Positions 52,208-62,023 are shown, numbered from the stretch's first letter. The stretch: 64,000 nt of DNA from Candidatus Woesearchaeota archaeon (GCA_964578845.1 CAZOEF010000003.1:74137-138136); one strand, 5' to 3'. Translations and numbers: made by a program. Notes: a model not told the origin generated them from the sequence alone.

Positions 52208-52474
52208 ATGAGCCGGCATCCAGTACACATAGAACATTATCAGAACAATCAAGATCTTGCAAGAGCTTTAGGTAATTTGACCTATGGTTCCCTTGAGGAG
52301 GTAATTGGCTATCTCGCTGCAGAGTTAGAAGAACAAGTCCGCGGAGATGCAGAAAAAGGAAGATCTAAGCTTGTTGCTGAAATGACTAAAGTGGTCGAGT
52401 CATTGCATGATGCACGGAAAGGATTGAACAAGGCTTGGAATATTTCAAGACCCTATACTGAAGAGATCAGATAA
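52208..52474 (+). CDS. orphan helical protein (88 aa)
   Basis: ORF with an ATG start, not Lys-biased. No family recognised. Confidence 0.4.
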   Translation: MSRHPVHIEHYQNNQDLARALGNLTYGSLEEVIGYLAAELEEQVRGDAEKGRSKLVAEMTKVVESLHDARKGLNKAWNISRPYTEEIR

Positions 52475-52937
52475 TATCAATTCTAGCACCTATTAAATCT
52501 TTATTGTTTCCATATTTCAGATGCGCGTGGAATTTTTCTTCCTTGAATAAATAAGGCATGAGTTTTTTATCTCCCTCAGGCATATCTAAATTTATCAGCT
52601 CATTTTCATTGACCCATTCAAGTTTTCCTTCAGGGCAATCTGTTAAGTTCTCCTTAAAACCCTCAGCGGTAAAAATATGCGCTTCCCAATCATTCTTCTC
52701 GGGGCTTGAAAAGGTGACAACTCCTTTCCAGACAGGATCGATACCTATTCCCGCCTCTTCCTTTATTTCCCTGATAACACAATCAATAGGATTCTCTCCC
52801 TGTTCGGCCTTGCCGCCTAGACCTCTGTAACTTCTTTTATTAGAATGTGAATCTGTTTTGTTCCTGTAAAGCATCAAGATCTTGCCATTGTCCCTCACAT
52901 AGCAGCAAGTAGATATTATCTTAAAATGTTTATTCAT
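52467..52937 (-). CDS. Nudix hydrolase (MutT-like)
   Basis: Intact Nudix box GGKAEQGENPIDCVIREIKEEAGI. Confidence 0.75.
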   Translation of the reverse strand: MNKHFKIISTCCYVRDNGKILMLYRNKTDSHSNKRSYRGLGGKAEQGENPIDCVIREIKEEAGIGIDPVWKGVVTFSSPEKNDWEAHIFTAEGFKENLTDCPEGKLEWVNENELINLDMPEGDKKLMPYLFKEEKFHAHLKYGNNKDLIGARIDII

Positions 52938-53037
52938 CTAAATACTATAAACGGAAACTATTTATTATTAACTGGTTAATCACCTAATTCACTAAGATCA
53001 CCTAGTAGCCCAGAGCATACGGATAATGCAAAATTTT

Positions 53038-53790
53038 TTAATCATCTATATCGCCTAAAGGTAGCTCAACTATAGGAGGAGAAGAAAAACCTTCACGATA
53101 ACCACGCAAAGAATTTGGAGCCTTAGGACTCTGCCAATAATTATACAAGAACCGTTCTGCTGAGTGATAGATATCTAACTGTAGATTCAGCATTGTAAGT
53201 TTGTCTCTGGAACTCACGCTAGCGACGCCCTCTGCAATCCTTCCAAAAATGTGGTAAGCAAGAAATCCTGCGCTAACACTTGGCAATATGGAGACTGCTA
53301 GTTGTGCTGCACCAGCCATAGGAGATAAAAAGGGAGACTGATCATTAATTGCCTCTGCTAGTCCTACAGCCCAAGAGCAAACAGGAGTGTAAGCATATGT
53401 TGCTACAATAGCAGCTATGGAGGCAAGACCTCCAAGAGTATGTCTGGCGTCTTTCGGCACATTTTCTGTTCTTCGTATTTCCGCTATATTATCCTTTGCT
53501 AAAGTGAAGATATTACTGCCTAGAGAGTTTGCTAATTCCCTATTATGGGCGTCTGAATCAGAGTGCTGGGATAAGTCTACTGAATCTATAGAATAAGATC
53601 TATGTTCCTTCCTAGGCAGGGCTGCCGCGTGACCAGCGCATAGGTTTAAGTCATCCAAAAACTCAGGAGTACTGGTAAAAGTCAAGGAATAGGACAAATT
53701 CGGCCCGTCACGAGTTCTCTTTTCCTCAAAGCCAATATTTCTTTCCTCAAGTTTTTCCTCAAGTCTTCTCTGCTTAGCCCTTCCGCCCAT
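53038..53790 (-). CDS. orphan protein with central hydrophobic segments (250 aa)
   Basis: It is Arg/Ala/Ser-rich with TM-like stretches (LGGLASIAAIVATYAYTPV; AAQLAVSILPSVSAGFLAY). No family recognised. Confidence 0.45.
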   Translation of the reverse strand: MGGRAKQRRLEEKLEERNIGFEEKRTRDGPNLSYSLTFTSTPEFLDDLNLCAGHAAALPRKEHRSYSIDSVDLSQHSDSDAHNRELANSLGSNIFTLAKDNIAEIRRTENVPKDARHTLGGLASIAAIVATYAYTPVCSWAVGLAEAINDQSPFLSPMAGAAQLAVSILPSVSAGFLAYHIFGRIAEGVASVSSRDKLTMLNLQLDIYHSAERFLYNYWQSPKAPNSLRGYREGFSSPPIVELPLGDIDD

Positions 53791-53881
53791 AATAATAAAA
53801 TATATTGTTCATATTTAACAATTTCTGCAATGAAGGCAATATAATCACAACCTTTTTTAACTCGCTTTCCCTTTTTCTATT

Positions 53882-55021
53882 ATGCCAGATATAAAAGAGG
53901 GACTAGAAGGCGTAGTTATCGGAGAAACATCTTTGTCATCAATAGATGGAGTAAAAGGCAAATTGATCTACAGGGGCTACGATATAAAAGATCTGGCTGA
54001 AAATTCCAATTTCGAGGAAGTGGTCTATTTATTATGGTTTGGAAAGCTTCCGACACAATTAGAGCTAAAACAATTCCAGAATAAATTAAGAAAAGAAAGA
54101 GATATTGACTCTTCCTGCATTCCAATCCTCAAAAAAGGAGCTAAGAACATGTCTGCAATGGATGCTTTGATGACTATCACTTCCTATCTTTCACAGTTTG
54201 ACCCTGACCTCAACAATGATACGCCTGAATCTAACATAAAGAAAGCCATTAAGTTGACTGCTAAATATCCCACAATAGTAGCTTATTTCTGGAGATTAAG
54301 AAACGGAAAGCATCCAATACCCCCTAAAACAAATTTAGGCCACGGAGAAAATTTTCTCTATATGCTTACCGGCAAAGTCCCTACTAAGACTGAAGCAAGA
54401 GCGATTGAATTGGATTTCTTATTGACAGCAGAGCACGGAATAAACGCATCGACCTTCGCTACTTTGGTAGCTACATCCACTCTGACAGACATACACTCAG
54501 CAATGCTTGCGGGTTTAGCAACCCTTAAAGGGCCTCTGCACGGAGCAGCAAGGGAAAAAGTTTATCAGATGCTAGATTCGATAGGCTCTGAGAACAATGT
54601 TTCCCCCTGGCTTAAACAGGCTATGAAGAATAAAGAAAGGATAATGGGATTCGGCCACAGGGTTTACAAGACTTATGATCCTAGAGCATTGATTTTCAAA
54701 GACATCTCCAAGCAATTAGCAGATGAATCAAAGAATAAAAAATGGTACTCGATGTCTGCAGCAATAGAAGACTTTGTGATAAAAGAAGTAGTCCAGAAAA
54801 AAGGCAAGCCAATCTATCCTAATGTTGATTTCTACACTGGAGCAGTCTATAAATATCTCAATATCCCGATACAGTTAAGCACTGGAATATTCGCCATAGG
54901 AAGAATAGCCGGCTGGACAGCGCACTTCTTAGAACAAAGAGAGCATAACAGATTGATAAGGCCAAAAGCTAACTACATCGGAAAAAGGAATATGAAATAT
55001 ATTCCGATAGAGAAGAGATAA
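53882..55021 (+). CDS. gltA: citrate synthase
   Basis: 379 aa with GLEGVVIGETSLSSIDG, LLTAEHGINAST and GFGHRVYKTYDPRA. Confidence 0.9.
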   Translation: MPDIKEGLEGVVIGETSLSSIDGVKGKLIYRGYDIKDLAENSNFEEVVYLLWFGKLPTQLELKQFQNKLRKERDIDSSCIPILKKGAKNMSAMDALMTITSYLSQFDPDLNNDTPESNIKKAIKLTAKYPTIVAYFWRLRNGKHPIPPKTNLGHGENFLYMLTGKVPTKTEARAIELDFLLTAEHGINASTFATLVATSTLTDIHSAMLAGLATLKGPLHGAAREKVYQMLDSIGSENNVSPWLKQAMKNKERIMGFGHRVYKTYDPRALIFKDISKQLADESKNKKWYSMSAAIEDFVIKEVVQKKGKPIYPNVDFYTGAVYKYLNIPIQLSTGIFAIGRIAGWTAHFLEQREHNRLIRPKANYIGKRNMKYIPIEKR

Positions 55022-55170
55022 AAAATGAAATTATCTAATCTTAATCAGCTTCTCGCAGAAGTCGGAACTTCTGTGGCAGATATACAGAGAAATCCTGAAA
55101 TTGCTTACACTGAGATTGTTGACAGAAGCTTGAGAGAGTATGGTTTATCAAAATTACCAAGGTTAGCCTT

Positions 55171-56166
55171 TTACTCGTAAGAAGAATATTTTTTTGGATT
55201 GATTTTTAAATTGTCCCTACTATTTTCCCAGCCGCTAAATTCTCTACTGTTCTCTATTTTACTTTTTAATCTTTTTTCAACTTTCTTGTAAAATCTAGGA
55301 GTAACTGGAATTATTTTTATTGCATGTTGCTCTGCTGCCATTTCTATTTTTGCCCAATTTACCTCACTTTCTGAAGGATGAGACATTATTTCGTATGCAA
55401 CGACGTTTCCCCTGTTGTCAATAGTTACAAAATCCAAAGAAGTCTCGCAGATTTTATCTTTGAACAGATGCATATATCTTTCTGTAACTTCTATTCTAAT
55501 TGGCATTTGATGTATGAAAGTTCTTCCCGAATACAGAATTGCCCTAGCTAAATTTGCCTCCCACGCGGAATAAGTTTCTATCTGGATGTCCCTTCTGAAA
55601 CCCTTCAAAGTTGGGACAAAATAATTTCCTAAATTATTCAAATCGTGCCTTGCTCTTCTTACGCTCTCAGCTTGTTTTACTCTAAAATCCTCGTCTTCCC
55701 ACATTTCAGATAATTTTCTTCTTACGCTCTCAGCTTGTTTTACTCTAAAATCTTTATCCCTCCACTTCTGGCTTAGGCCTTCAACCCGTTTTACTCTAAA
55801 ATCCTCGTCTTCCCAATTTGCATACATTCCTTTCCTAGTTGCTTCAGTAGTTTTTACTCTAAAATCCTCGTCTTCCCACATTTCAGATAATTTTCTTCCA
55901 GATCCCTCGACCTGAGTTAAATACGGTAATTTATGTTTTTTCAATAGTTTTATAAGAGTGGGCTTAGAAATTCCTATTTCATTCGCCAAGCTTCTAATAC
56001 TTTGACTTCCCAACTGATGTTGAATGAATATATGCTCCAATGGGCTAAGTCCCTTCAGTTTTCTTTCTTTCTTCCATATCTCTAGCTTCTCCCTCAAGTT
56101 TTGAGACATTGAAGCATAGCTAAATGGACTAAGATATTCAATTATTTCCTCTCCTTGAATTATCAT
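55171..56166 (-). CDS. HTH protein with four tandem W-x-D-x-D-F-R-V-K repeats and a C-terminal nuclease-like domain (selfish-element-like)
   Basis: 331 aa. It has an HTH (SIRSLANEIGISKPTLIKLLKK) and repeats WEDEDFRVK x3 plus WRDKDFRVK. The C-terminal region is SAWEANLARAIL...DFVTIDNRGNVVAYEI. Confidence 0.55.
   Translation of the reverse strand: MIIQGEEIIEYLSPFSYASMSQNLREKLEIWKKERKLKGLSPLEHIFIQHQLGSQSIRSLANEIGISKPTLIKLLKKHKLPYLTQVEGSGRKLSEMWEDEDFRVKTTEATRKGMYANWEDEDFRVKRVEGLSQKWRDKDFRVKQAESVRRKLSEMWEDEDFRVKQAESVRRARHDLNNLGNYFVPTLKGFRRDIQIETYSAWEANLARAILYSGRTFIHQMPIRIEVTERYMHLFKDKICETSLDFVTIDNRGNVVAYEIMSHPSESEVNWAKIEMAAEQHAIKIIPVTPRFYKKVEKRLKSKIENSREFSGWENSRDNLKINPKKYSSYE
55651..55900. repeat. 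in-frame tandem DNA repeats (period about 60-70 nt) inside 55171..56166
   Basis: TTTTACTCTAAAATCCTCGTCTTCCCA occurs three times (about 55675, 55789, 55852). CTTCTTACGCTCTCAGCTTGTTTTACTCTAAAATC occurs twice, 63 nt apart. Confidence 0.8.
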
Positions 56167-56492
56167 AAAATGAAGCGCTACTAACGTTATTTAAATGTTA
56201 CTGTGAAGTAGATACATTATAGATGTATTTTGGCTAATCCTTGCCAATCCCTAATATGATATTGTTGTATAAAAAATTGTACTTAATAAAGCCAAAAATA
56301 TCGCACAATAAGAGATACTTCTGGCACTAGTTGTGTTTCAATAAAAGATAATATTTTTTCATGAATCTCTTGCTGATTGGAATAAAGAGTTTTCGCTGGT
56401 TTCATAAAATTTGTAAGTTGCCTTGTTTATCAACTTATCGCCAACTCTCGACATCCACAAATATTTTTATAGTCGATTTATATTGATTTTTT

Positions 56493-57077
56493 ATGGAAGA
56501 TAGCCTTCATGAGATGACTGATGAAGAGATCTCGACGTATGCAGAACTACAGGTCTGTTTAGAACTTGATGGGGAAGGAAGTAAATCCTCAATAATAGGG
56601 GAGAACCTTGAGATTTTATCTAGGTTTGGCAAGGATGTAAAAGAAATCGACGCTAATATAAGAGGGATATTAGATGGAAATATTATTCTGCGAGAGAAAT
56701 ATCAAGAAGCTATGAGTGAATGTGGAGATTTTTGGGTTAATTTAGAACTGGACCCCAGAGGTTTTGCAGAGGCTATAGGCCACAGGAATCCTGAGGAAGC
56801 AATGAAGGGCAGTGAAGCCATGAAAGCTAAAAGAGGTCTAGAGCGACAGCTGAGGATTGAGACTTCTCATTTGGGAAATTTTGGGAAGAACTTAGTAGAC
56901 TATATAGGGGCAAGAGCATTAGCAGGCTATAGATCAGAGGAATTTACACCTCAACCTGAATTTGAAAGCTATATAAAAGGTTCAGATGTCTGCAGACAGA
57001 TTCAAAATCTTTACATTAAAGCAATGCGCCATTTCGATGAAAGCGGTGGCCCTGCCGGAAGAATAAAAGACTCTTAA
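56493..57077 (+). CDS. orphan acidic protein (194 aa)
   Basis: ORF with an ATG start after a 326-nt AT-rich spacer. Its composition is unlike the Lys-rich neighbours. No family recognised. Confidence 0.45.
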   Translation: MEDSLHEMTDEEISTYAELQVCLELDGEGSKSSIIGENLEILSRFGKDVKEIDANIRGILDGNIILREKYQEAMSECGDFWVNLELDPRGFAEAIGHRNPEEAMKGSEAMKAKRGLERQLRIETSHLGNFGKNLVDYIGARALAGYRSEEFTPQPEFESYIKGSDVCRQIQNLYIKAMRHFDESGGPAGRIKDS

Positions 57078-57186
57078 AGAAGAATAAGATCTACTTCGAT
57101 AATTAGAAAACAATATGCGAATTTTGCTCAATCAAATAAACTAAACCTTTAATAATCAATTTTAACTCTTCAAATAAGGTGATAAA

Positions 57187-58524
57187 ATGCTTGCAAGAAA
57201 ACTTTCTGAATATGCTTACTCATTAAAATACTCTGATCTCTCAGAAAAGACAATAGAAAGAGTGAAGAAGCATTTTCTTGACGCTTTAGGATCCGGAATA
57301 AATGCTCATAACGCCCCTCCTGTGAAAGTGATAAAGAAATCCTTACATCATGATCATACTGAGACAAATGCTCTACTATATGGCGCGATGATACGCTATT
57401 TAGACTTCGATGACTGGTATCCTGCTAAATCCCGCGAGCCCGCTCATCCAAACGATAATTTTGGGGGAGTTCTAGCTGCTGCAGAACATAATAAAGTCTC
57501 AACAAAAGATTTCATTCTTGCTGCAGCTTTAGGCTATGAAATTCAATGCCAGTTATGCGATGCAGGCAATTTAAGGGCTAACGGATGGGACCATGTAATC
57601 TATGGGGCAATCTCTCAAGCGTTAGCAGTTGGAAAACTAATGTCCTTAAACACTAATCAGTTAACTCAAACAGTAAATCTAAACCTCTCTACAAACATTT
57701 CTTCTAGACAAGTCCGCGAGTCTACCGAACTATCAATGTGGAAAGCAGCTGCATTCTCAAATGTCGCAAGGAACGCTGTATTCTTTGCTAAATTAGCCAA
57801 GAACGGGATGGAAGGCCCTAACAATGTTTTCGAAGGAAAATACGGCATGATGAATATGCTAACTTGTGCAGGCCTACCGGTCTGTAAATTCAATTTAGAT
57901 TTCAAATCTTTCGGGAAAAGTAAGTCTCCTTTCAGGATTGAATATTGCTGGATGAAGAACTGGCCAGCAGAAATACATTCTCAAAGCGCAATCCAGGCAG
58001 CTTTAGAATTAAGGGAAGCCCTTTCCTCGTTAGACGAGATAAAATCTATCCACGTAGACTCTCACGAAGCAGGCTTCACCATAATCGGAAGCGGAAAAGA
58101 AAAATGGGCTCCAAAGACAAAAGAGACTGCAGACCACTCAATACCTTATTTAGTCTCAACAGCTTTGATGTTCGGCGATATAAAGAACGAGTATTACTCT
58201 ACTAAATACTTGAATAATAAAAAATTATTGAATTTAATAAGTAAAGTCACAGTCTCAGAAGACAAGAACTTAACAAAATTATACCCTGGCGCAGCAGCTA
58301 ACAGGGTAACAATAACTCTCAAATCAGGAGAAAAATTAGTAAAAGAAGTAAAATACCATAAAGGCCACTCTAATAATCCATTAACAAATGAAGAAGTAGA
58401 AGCAAAATTCAGAAAATTAACAAATGGAATAATCTCTAAACAAAAACAAGACAAGATTATCAAAGACGTCTGGAATTTAGATAGATTGAAGAGTTTTGAT
58501 TGGGGACTTTTGAAGAAAATTTAA
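57187..58524 (+). CDS. MmgE/PrpD family protein (2-methylcitrate dehydratase-like)
   Basis: 445 aa with the typical N-terminus LSEYAYSLKYSDLSEKTIERVKKHFLDALG. An AGGTGAT Shine-Dalgarno precedes the ATG. Confidence 0.8.
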   Translation: MLARKLSEYAYSLKYSDLSEKTIERVKKHFLDALGSGINAHNAPPVKVIKKSLHHDHTETNALLYGAMIRYLDFDDWYPAKSREPAHPNDNFGGVLAAAEHNKVSTKDFILAAALGYEIQCQLCDAGNLRANGWDHVIYGAISQALAVGKLMSLNTNQLTQTVNLNLSTNISSRQVRESTELSMWKAAAFSNVARNAVFFAKLAKNGMEGPNNVFEGKYGMMNMLTCAGLPVCKFNLDFKSFGKSKSPFRIEYCWMKNWPAEIHSQSAIQAALELREALSSLDEIKSIHVDSHEAGFTIIGSGKEKWAPKTKETADHSIPYLVSTALMFGDIKNEYYSTKYLNNKKLLNLISKVTVSEDKNLTKLYPGAAANRVTITLKSGEKLVKEVKYHKGHSNNPLTNEEVEAKFRKLTNGIISKQKQDKIIKDVWNLDRLKSFDWGLLKKI

Positions 58525-59276
58525 GTTGTAAAAGCTAATTTCTTAATTTCATCAAGAGCGAAACCGTTATATTGATAAAAGGAATGTATCATTTTCTCTA
58601 AATCTTGGAAATGAAAGGGAGTTCTAGCAGGAAATAAAATAACAACATCGCTTTTTTCTCCCTTTTCCTTATATGGCCGACCATTTACTAATTTGTAGTT
58701 ATTATCCAAATCAAAAACCCAAAGATTATTATCAAAACTATCTTGTTTTGGGTGAAAAATTCCTGAGAATAAAGAGTAATCTTTTCTAACAGAATCAAAA
58801 AAATGATCTGTTTTTATCCCTTCTCCGAACTTAGGAAATATTTTGTTAGCTTCTAGAGTTTTCCAGATTTCCTTAAACCTGGGTATTTTGATTAGGCTGT
58901 TTCTATCGATTAAAGGTTCCCCATATTTCAGATCGTGATTTAGTAAACCTGAAATTGCATACACTTCAATCATTTGTCTAGTCAAAGCATTTGCAGAATG
59001 ATAAAACTCTTTTTTCATATTGCCAATAAACTCTAAATTGAGCTCAAACATTCTTCCCAAAAGAAAAGCCTTTAGAAGATTTTTTTCACTAAGTGATGCT
59101 TTGTACTTATTATCATAGATTTCATCTAAGGTCTCTCCTTGGATCTTCAAATACATTTCTAAAAAAGGTTTAAGCGTAACATATTTATTACACAATTTTT
59201 TAATCCCATTCCTTAGAAAGCGTCTCTCTCTATTCTCAAAAAGCTGCTTATCCAAGAGAGAGTCAATTTTGCCCAT
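58521..59276 (-). CDS. hypothetical helical protein (251 aa)
   Basis: Long ORF with host-like composition. No family recognised. Confidence 0.5.
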   Translation of the reverse strand: MGKIDSLLDKQLFENRERRFLRNGIKKLCNKYVTLKPFLEMYLKIQGETLDEIYDNKYKASLSEKNLLKAFLLGRMFELNLEFIGNMKKEFYHSANALTRQMIEVYAISGLLNHDLKYGEPLIDRNSLIKIPRFKEIWKTLEANKIFPKFGEGIKTDHFFDSVRKDYSLFSGIFHPKQDSFDNNLWVFDLDNNYKLVNGRPYKEKGEKSDVVILFPARTPFHFQDLEKMIHSFYQYNGFALDEIKKLAFTT

Positions 59277-59302
59277 AAGATATGGAAGTTAAGAAGTTTA
59301 AA

Positions 59303-60109
59303 TTACTTCCCTTTCCAGATATCAGGATCTCCCCACAATCCAAGTCTCCACGCATTGAACTCGAATATTTGGCTGTGGTCAATAAATACATTAACATCTT
59401 TTCCGTAATTCTTCAAATACCATTTGAAAACCTGCGGGTCAGAAGCTTCAAACATCCATTTATCTACTCCAAGTTTATCTATTGCTTTCTTGATAATATC
59501 CTTTCTCCATTTTGCTGGCGGTAAGTCTTCAGTTATTCCTTCAGATTCTAACATTAACTTATATGCCCCGGCATCTAAATATGCCTGTGCCTGCTCTAAT
59601 AATTCATCAACTTTCCTGTATTTTGGCTTATAGTTAGCAATGTGAGTTCCTCCTCCTGCCCCTTCCATAAAAGAGATCTCTGGCTTTACCTTTAGCCCTA
59701 GACTTAATCCTTTCTTTAGTATCTCCATCTGCTTCTCAAAAGGAATTATAGCCATCCCAGAAGAAACTTCTAAAACATCAAAACCTAATTTCTTTGTTTC
59801 CTTTAGATATTGATCAATAGCTTCATCTCCCTGCAAGACTACTCTCTCGATCATCCCTCCAGTAGAGACATAGATATTGTGCTTATGGCATAATTTAGTG
59901 AACTTCTTTATCAGTTTATCTCCGTGGAAAGACTGACATCCTGCAACAAATTTAAAGCCGTCAATCTGGTCTCCGATCATCTCAAACAAATCCTTCAGAT
60001 AAGTATAAGTCACAGGAGAATAATATGAGCCCCGTATCTCTACAACTCCTTTATTCCTTGGCTTTGGCTCAAGTTCCCTCAGCTTCAGAAAATCAAACGC
60101 ACCTCTCAT
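59303..60109 (-). CDS. comA: phosphosulfolactate synthase (ComA family)
   Basis: 268 aa with PRNKGVVEIRGSYYSP, IDGFKFVAGCQSF and GFDVLEVSSGM. Confidence 0.75.
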   Translation of the reverse strand: MRGAFDFLKLRELEPKPRNKGVVEIRGSYYSPVTYTYLKDLFEMIGDQIDGFKFVAGCQSFHGDKLIKKFTKLCHKHNIYVSTGGMIERVVLQGDEAIDQYLKETKKLGFDVLEVSSGMAIIPFEKQMEILKKGLSLGLKVKPEISFMEGAGGGTHIANYKPKYRKVDELLEQAQAYLDAGAYKLMLESEGITEDLPPAKWRKDIIKKAIDKLGVDKWMFEASDPQVFKWYLKNYGKDVNVFIDHSQIFEFNAWRLGLWGDPDIWKGK

Positions 60110-60150
60110 ATTACAATATAGAAACTGGTTATTTTAAAGTTATCTGAATT

Positions 60151-60747
60151 TTAATTAATATCCTTATCTGAAATTATAATATCATCAAAATAAATACTGC
60201 AATTCTTTTTTGGAGCAAAACTCTTATCATTCCCTCCAAAGAAAACAGTAAAAATAAACGAATTAATTCCATATTTACTATCTTTAGGTCTCAGTTTAAT
60301 ATCTTGATGAAGGGCGAGTTTTCCATCTAGCCAGGACACTATATAACCAGGGTCTCTCCAATTATTATTCATCTTAATTTTCATTTTTACAGTATGCCAT
60401 TTGCCTTGTTTGAAATGGAAGGGCTCCATTTTCTTAGAAGTTAAATTATACCACCAAAAACCTCTCCCATAGTTGCTATTATCTTCAGGATAGTAAACAT
60501 ACTGATGCATTCTGCCTTTCTCTCTCCACATGATTCTTGAGGAAAACCCTTCTGAAGAATGCCTTCCTCCACCCGGTTTATCTCCTCCAGCAAATCCGGG
60601 CAACTTCCCTCCAAGTCTCCAGTCAAAGCCATTCTCAAATTTTACCTTATATTGGCAATACAATACCTCGTAATTCTTCTTGAAATTGAGATGCCAGCTA
60701 GCTTTGTCCTCCTTGCCATATTTGCCCTTTGTAAAATTTAACTTCAA
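60151..60747 (-). CDS. polysaccharide-lyase-14-like beta-jelly-roll protein lacking ATG start and signal peptide (possible remnant)
   Basis: GGKLPGFAGGDKPGGG...GFSSRIMWREKGRMHQYVYY. The track start is TTG. The frame is open upstream to 60822 without any ATG. Confidence 0.45.
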   Translation of the reverse strand: MKLNFTKGKYGKEDKASWHLNFKKNYEVLYCQYKVKFENGFDWRLGGKLPGFAGGDKPGGGRHSSEGFSSRIMWREKGRMHQYVYYPEDNSNYGRGFWWYNLTSKKMEPFHFKQGKWHTVKMKIKMNNNWRDPGYIVSWLDGKLALHQDIKLRPKDSKYGINSFIFTVFFGGNDKSFAPKKNCSIYFDDIIISDKDIN

Positions 60748-60960
60748 AACCTTTTTATTTCGCTCTTTTGTTATTACAGGTTTTACAGAATTAGAAACTA
60801 TCTTGGCATTATTCCAATATTTCTAATGCTACTCTCAGAGTATAATCCCAAATCCTCCTTCTGAAAATTAATTCTTATTTTCATTAATCCAATAAATCTT
60901 AAATCCTTAAATAATCTATCTTTCCAAAAACCCTATAAACTCCTCCCCCCATAAATCCTT

Positions 60961-61989
60961 ATGTCAATAAAAATAACCCTTATCCCAGGTGATGGGACTG
61001 GCCCTGAATTGATCTCTTGCGCGAGAAAATGTTTAGAAGCCTTAAATCTAAAGTTTTCTTTTGATGAAAAACTAGCAGGGGAATCAGCACAGGAAAAATA
61101 TGGTAATCCTCTCCCAGAAGAAACAATAGAATCAATAAAGAAAAATAAAATTGCCCTTAAAGGCCCTACTTCAACTCCGATTGGAAAAGGCTTCAGATCA
61201 GTGAACGTTGGGATAAGAAAAGAACTCGGTTTGTTCGCTAACGTTAGACCTGCTAAGACTCTTCCAGGAGTGAAGACTAAATTCGATCATCTTGATTTAG
61301 TAACGGTAAGAGAAAACCTGGAAGACCTTTACTCAGGAATAGAGTTTGAAAAAGGGCAATTCAAGCACGAGAAAGTCCCCTCTGACGCTGCAGTATCTCT
61401 AAAAGTCATATCAGAAAAGAACTCTAAACAGATAATAGACTTCGCTTTCAAATACGCTGCAGAAAATAAAAGAAAAAAAGTCTCCTGCGTCCATAAAGCC
61501 AATATACTAAAATTCACTGACGGGATGTTCTTAGATATCTTTAACAGCATTGCCAAGAAATATCCTAAAATAGAATCCCAAGACGTAATAGTAGACAATA
61601 TGGCTATGCAATTAGTACAAAAGCCAGAATTATATGATGTATTGGTCTGCCCTAATCTATACGGAGATATAATCTCAGATCTCTGCTCCGGCTTAGTAGG
61701 CGGCCTAGGAGTAGCCCCTTCAGCAAATTTAGGAAAAAATATCGCAGTATTCGAACCTGTCCACGGCTCAGCCCCTAAATACGCTAAACAAGATAAAGTA
61801 AATCCTACTGCGACAATATTATCGGCTGCATTGATGCTAAAGCACTTAAACAAAACAAAAGAAGCACAAAAACTAGAAAACTCAGTAGCTAAGGTCATAC
61901 AAGAAGGCAAATACGTCACTTACGATTTAGCTAAATCTTCTCCATCAACAATGTCCAGGATGACAGAAGAGATAATCAAAAATCTATAA
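60961..61989 (+). CDS. isocitrate/isopropylmalate dehydrogenase family (NAD-IDH-like)
   Basis: 342 aa with ITLIPGDGTGPE, GFRSVNVGIRKELGLFANVRP, VRENLEDLYSG and NLYGDIISDL. Confidence 0.8.
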   Translation: MSIKITLIPGDGTGPELISCARKCLEALNLKFSFDEKLAGESAQEKYGNPLPEETIESIKKNKIALKGPTSTPIGKGFRSVNVGIRKELGLFANVRPAKTLPGVKTKFDHLDLVTVRENLEDLYSGIEFEKGQFKHEKVPSDAAVSLKVISEKNSKQIIDFAFKYAAENKRKKVSCVHKANILKFTDGMFLDIFNSIAKKYPKIESQDVIVDNMAMQLVQKPELYDVLVCPNLYGDIISDLCSGLVGGLGVAPSANLGKNIAVFEPVHGSAPKYAKQDKVNPTATILSAALMLKHLNKTKEAQKLENSVAKVIQEGKYVTYDLAKSSPSTMSRMTEEIIKNL

Positions 61990-62023
61990 TAATTATTAAA
62001 TACCTTGAGAAATAGGCAGTATT

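Noticed and set aside
55025-55180. A 51-aa ORF starting 3 nt after the citrate synthase stop (MKLSNLNQLLAEVGTSVADIQRNPEIAYTEIVDRSLREYGLSKLPRLAFYS).
   Set aside because: No recognisable fold or motif. It overlaps the convergent 55171..56166 gene end. The evidence is insufficient.
55651-55900. Tandem DNA repeats considered as a CRISPR array or non-coding satellite.
   Set aside because: The repeats are contiguous, without unique spacers. They are in frame within a long ORF and translate to a repeated peptide motif.
56167-56492. The 326-nt AT-rich intergenic region, scanned for tRNA, small RNA or small ORFs.
   Set aside because: Only ~10-40-codon frames were found, with no stable GC-rich stems or tRNA-like elements. 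It probably contains promoters for the divergent flanking genes.
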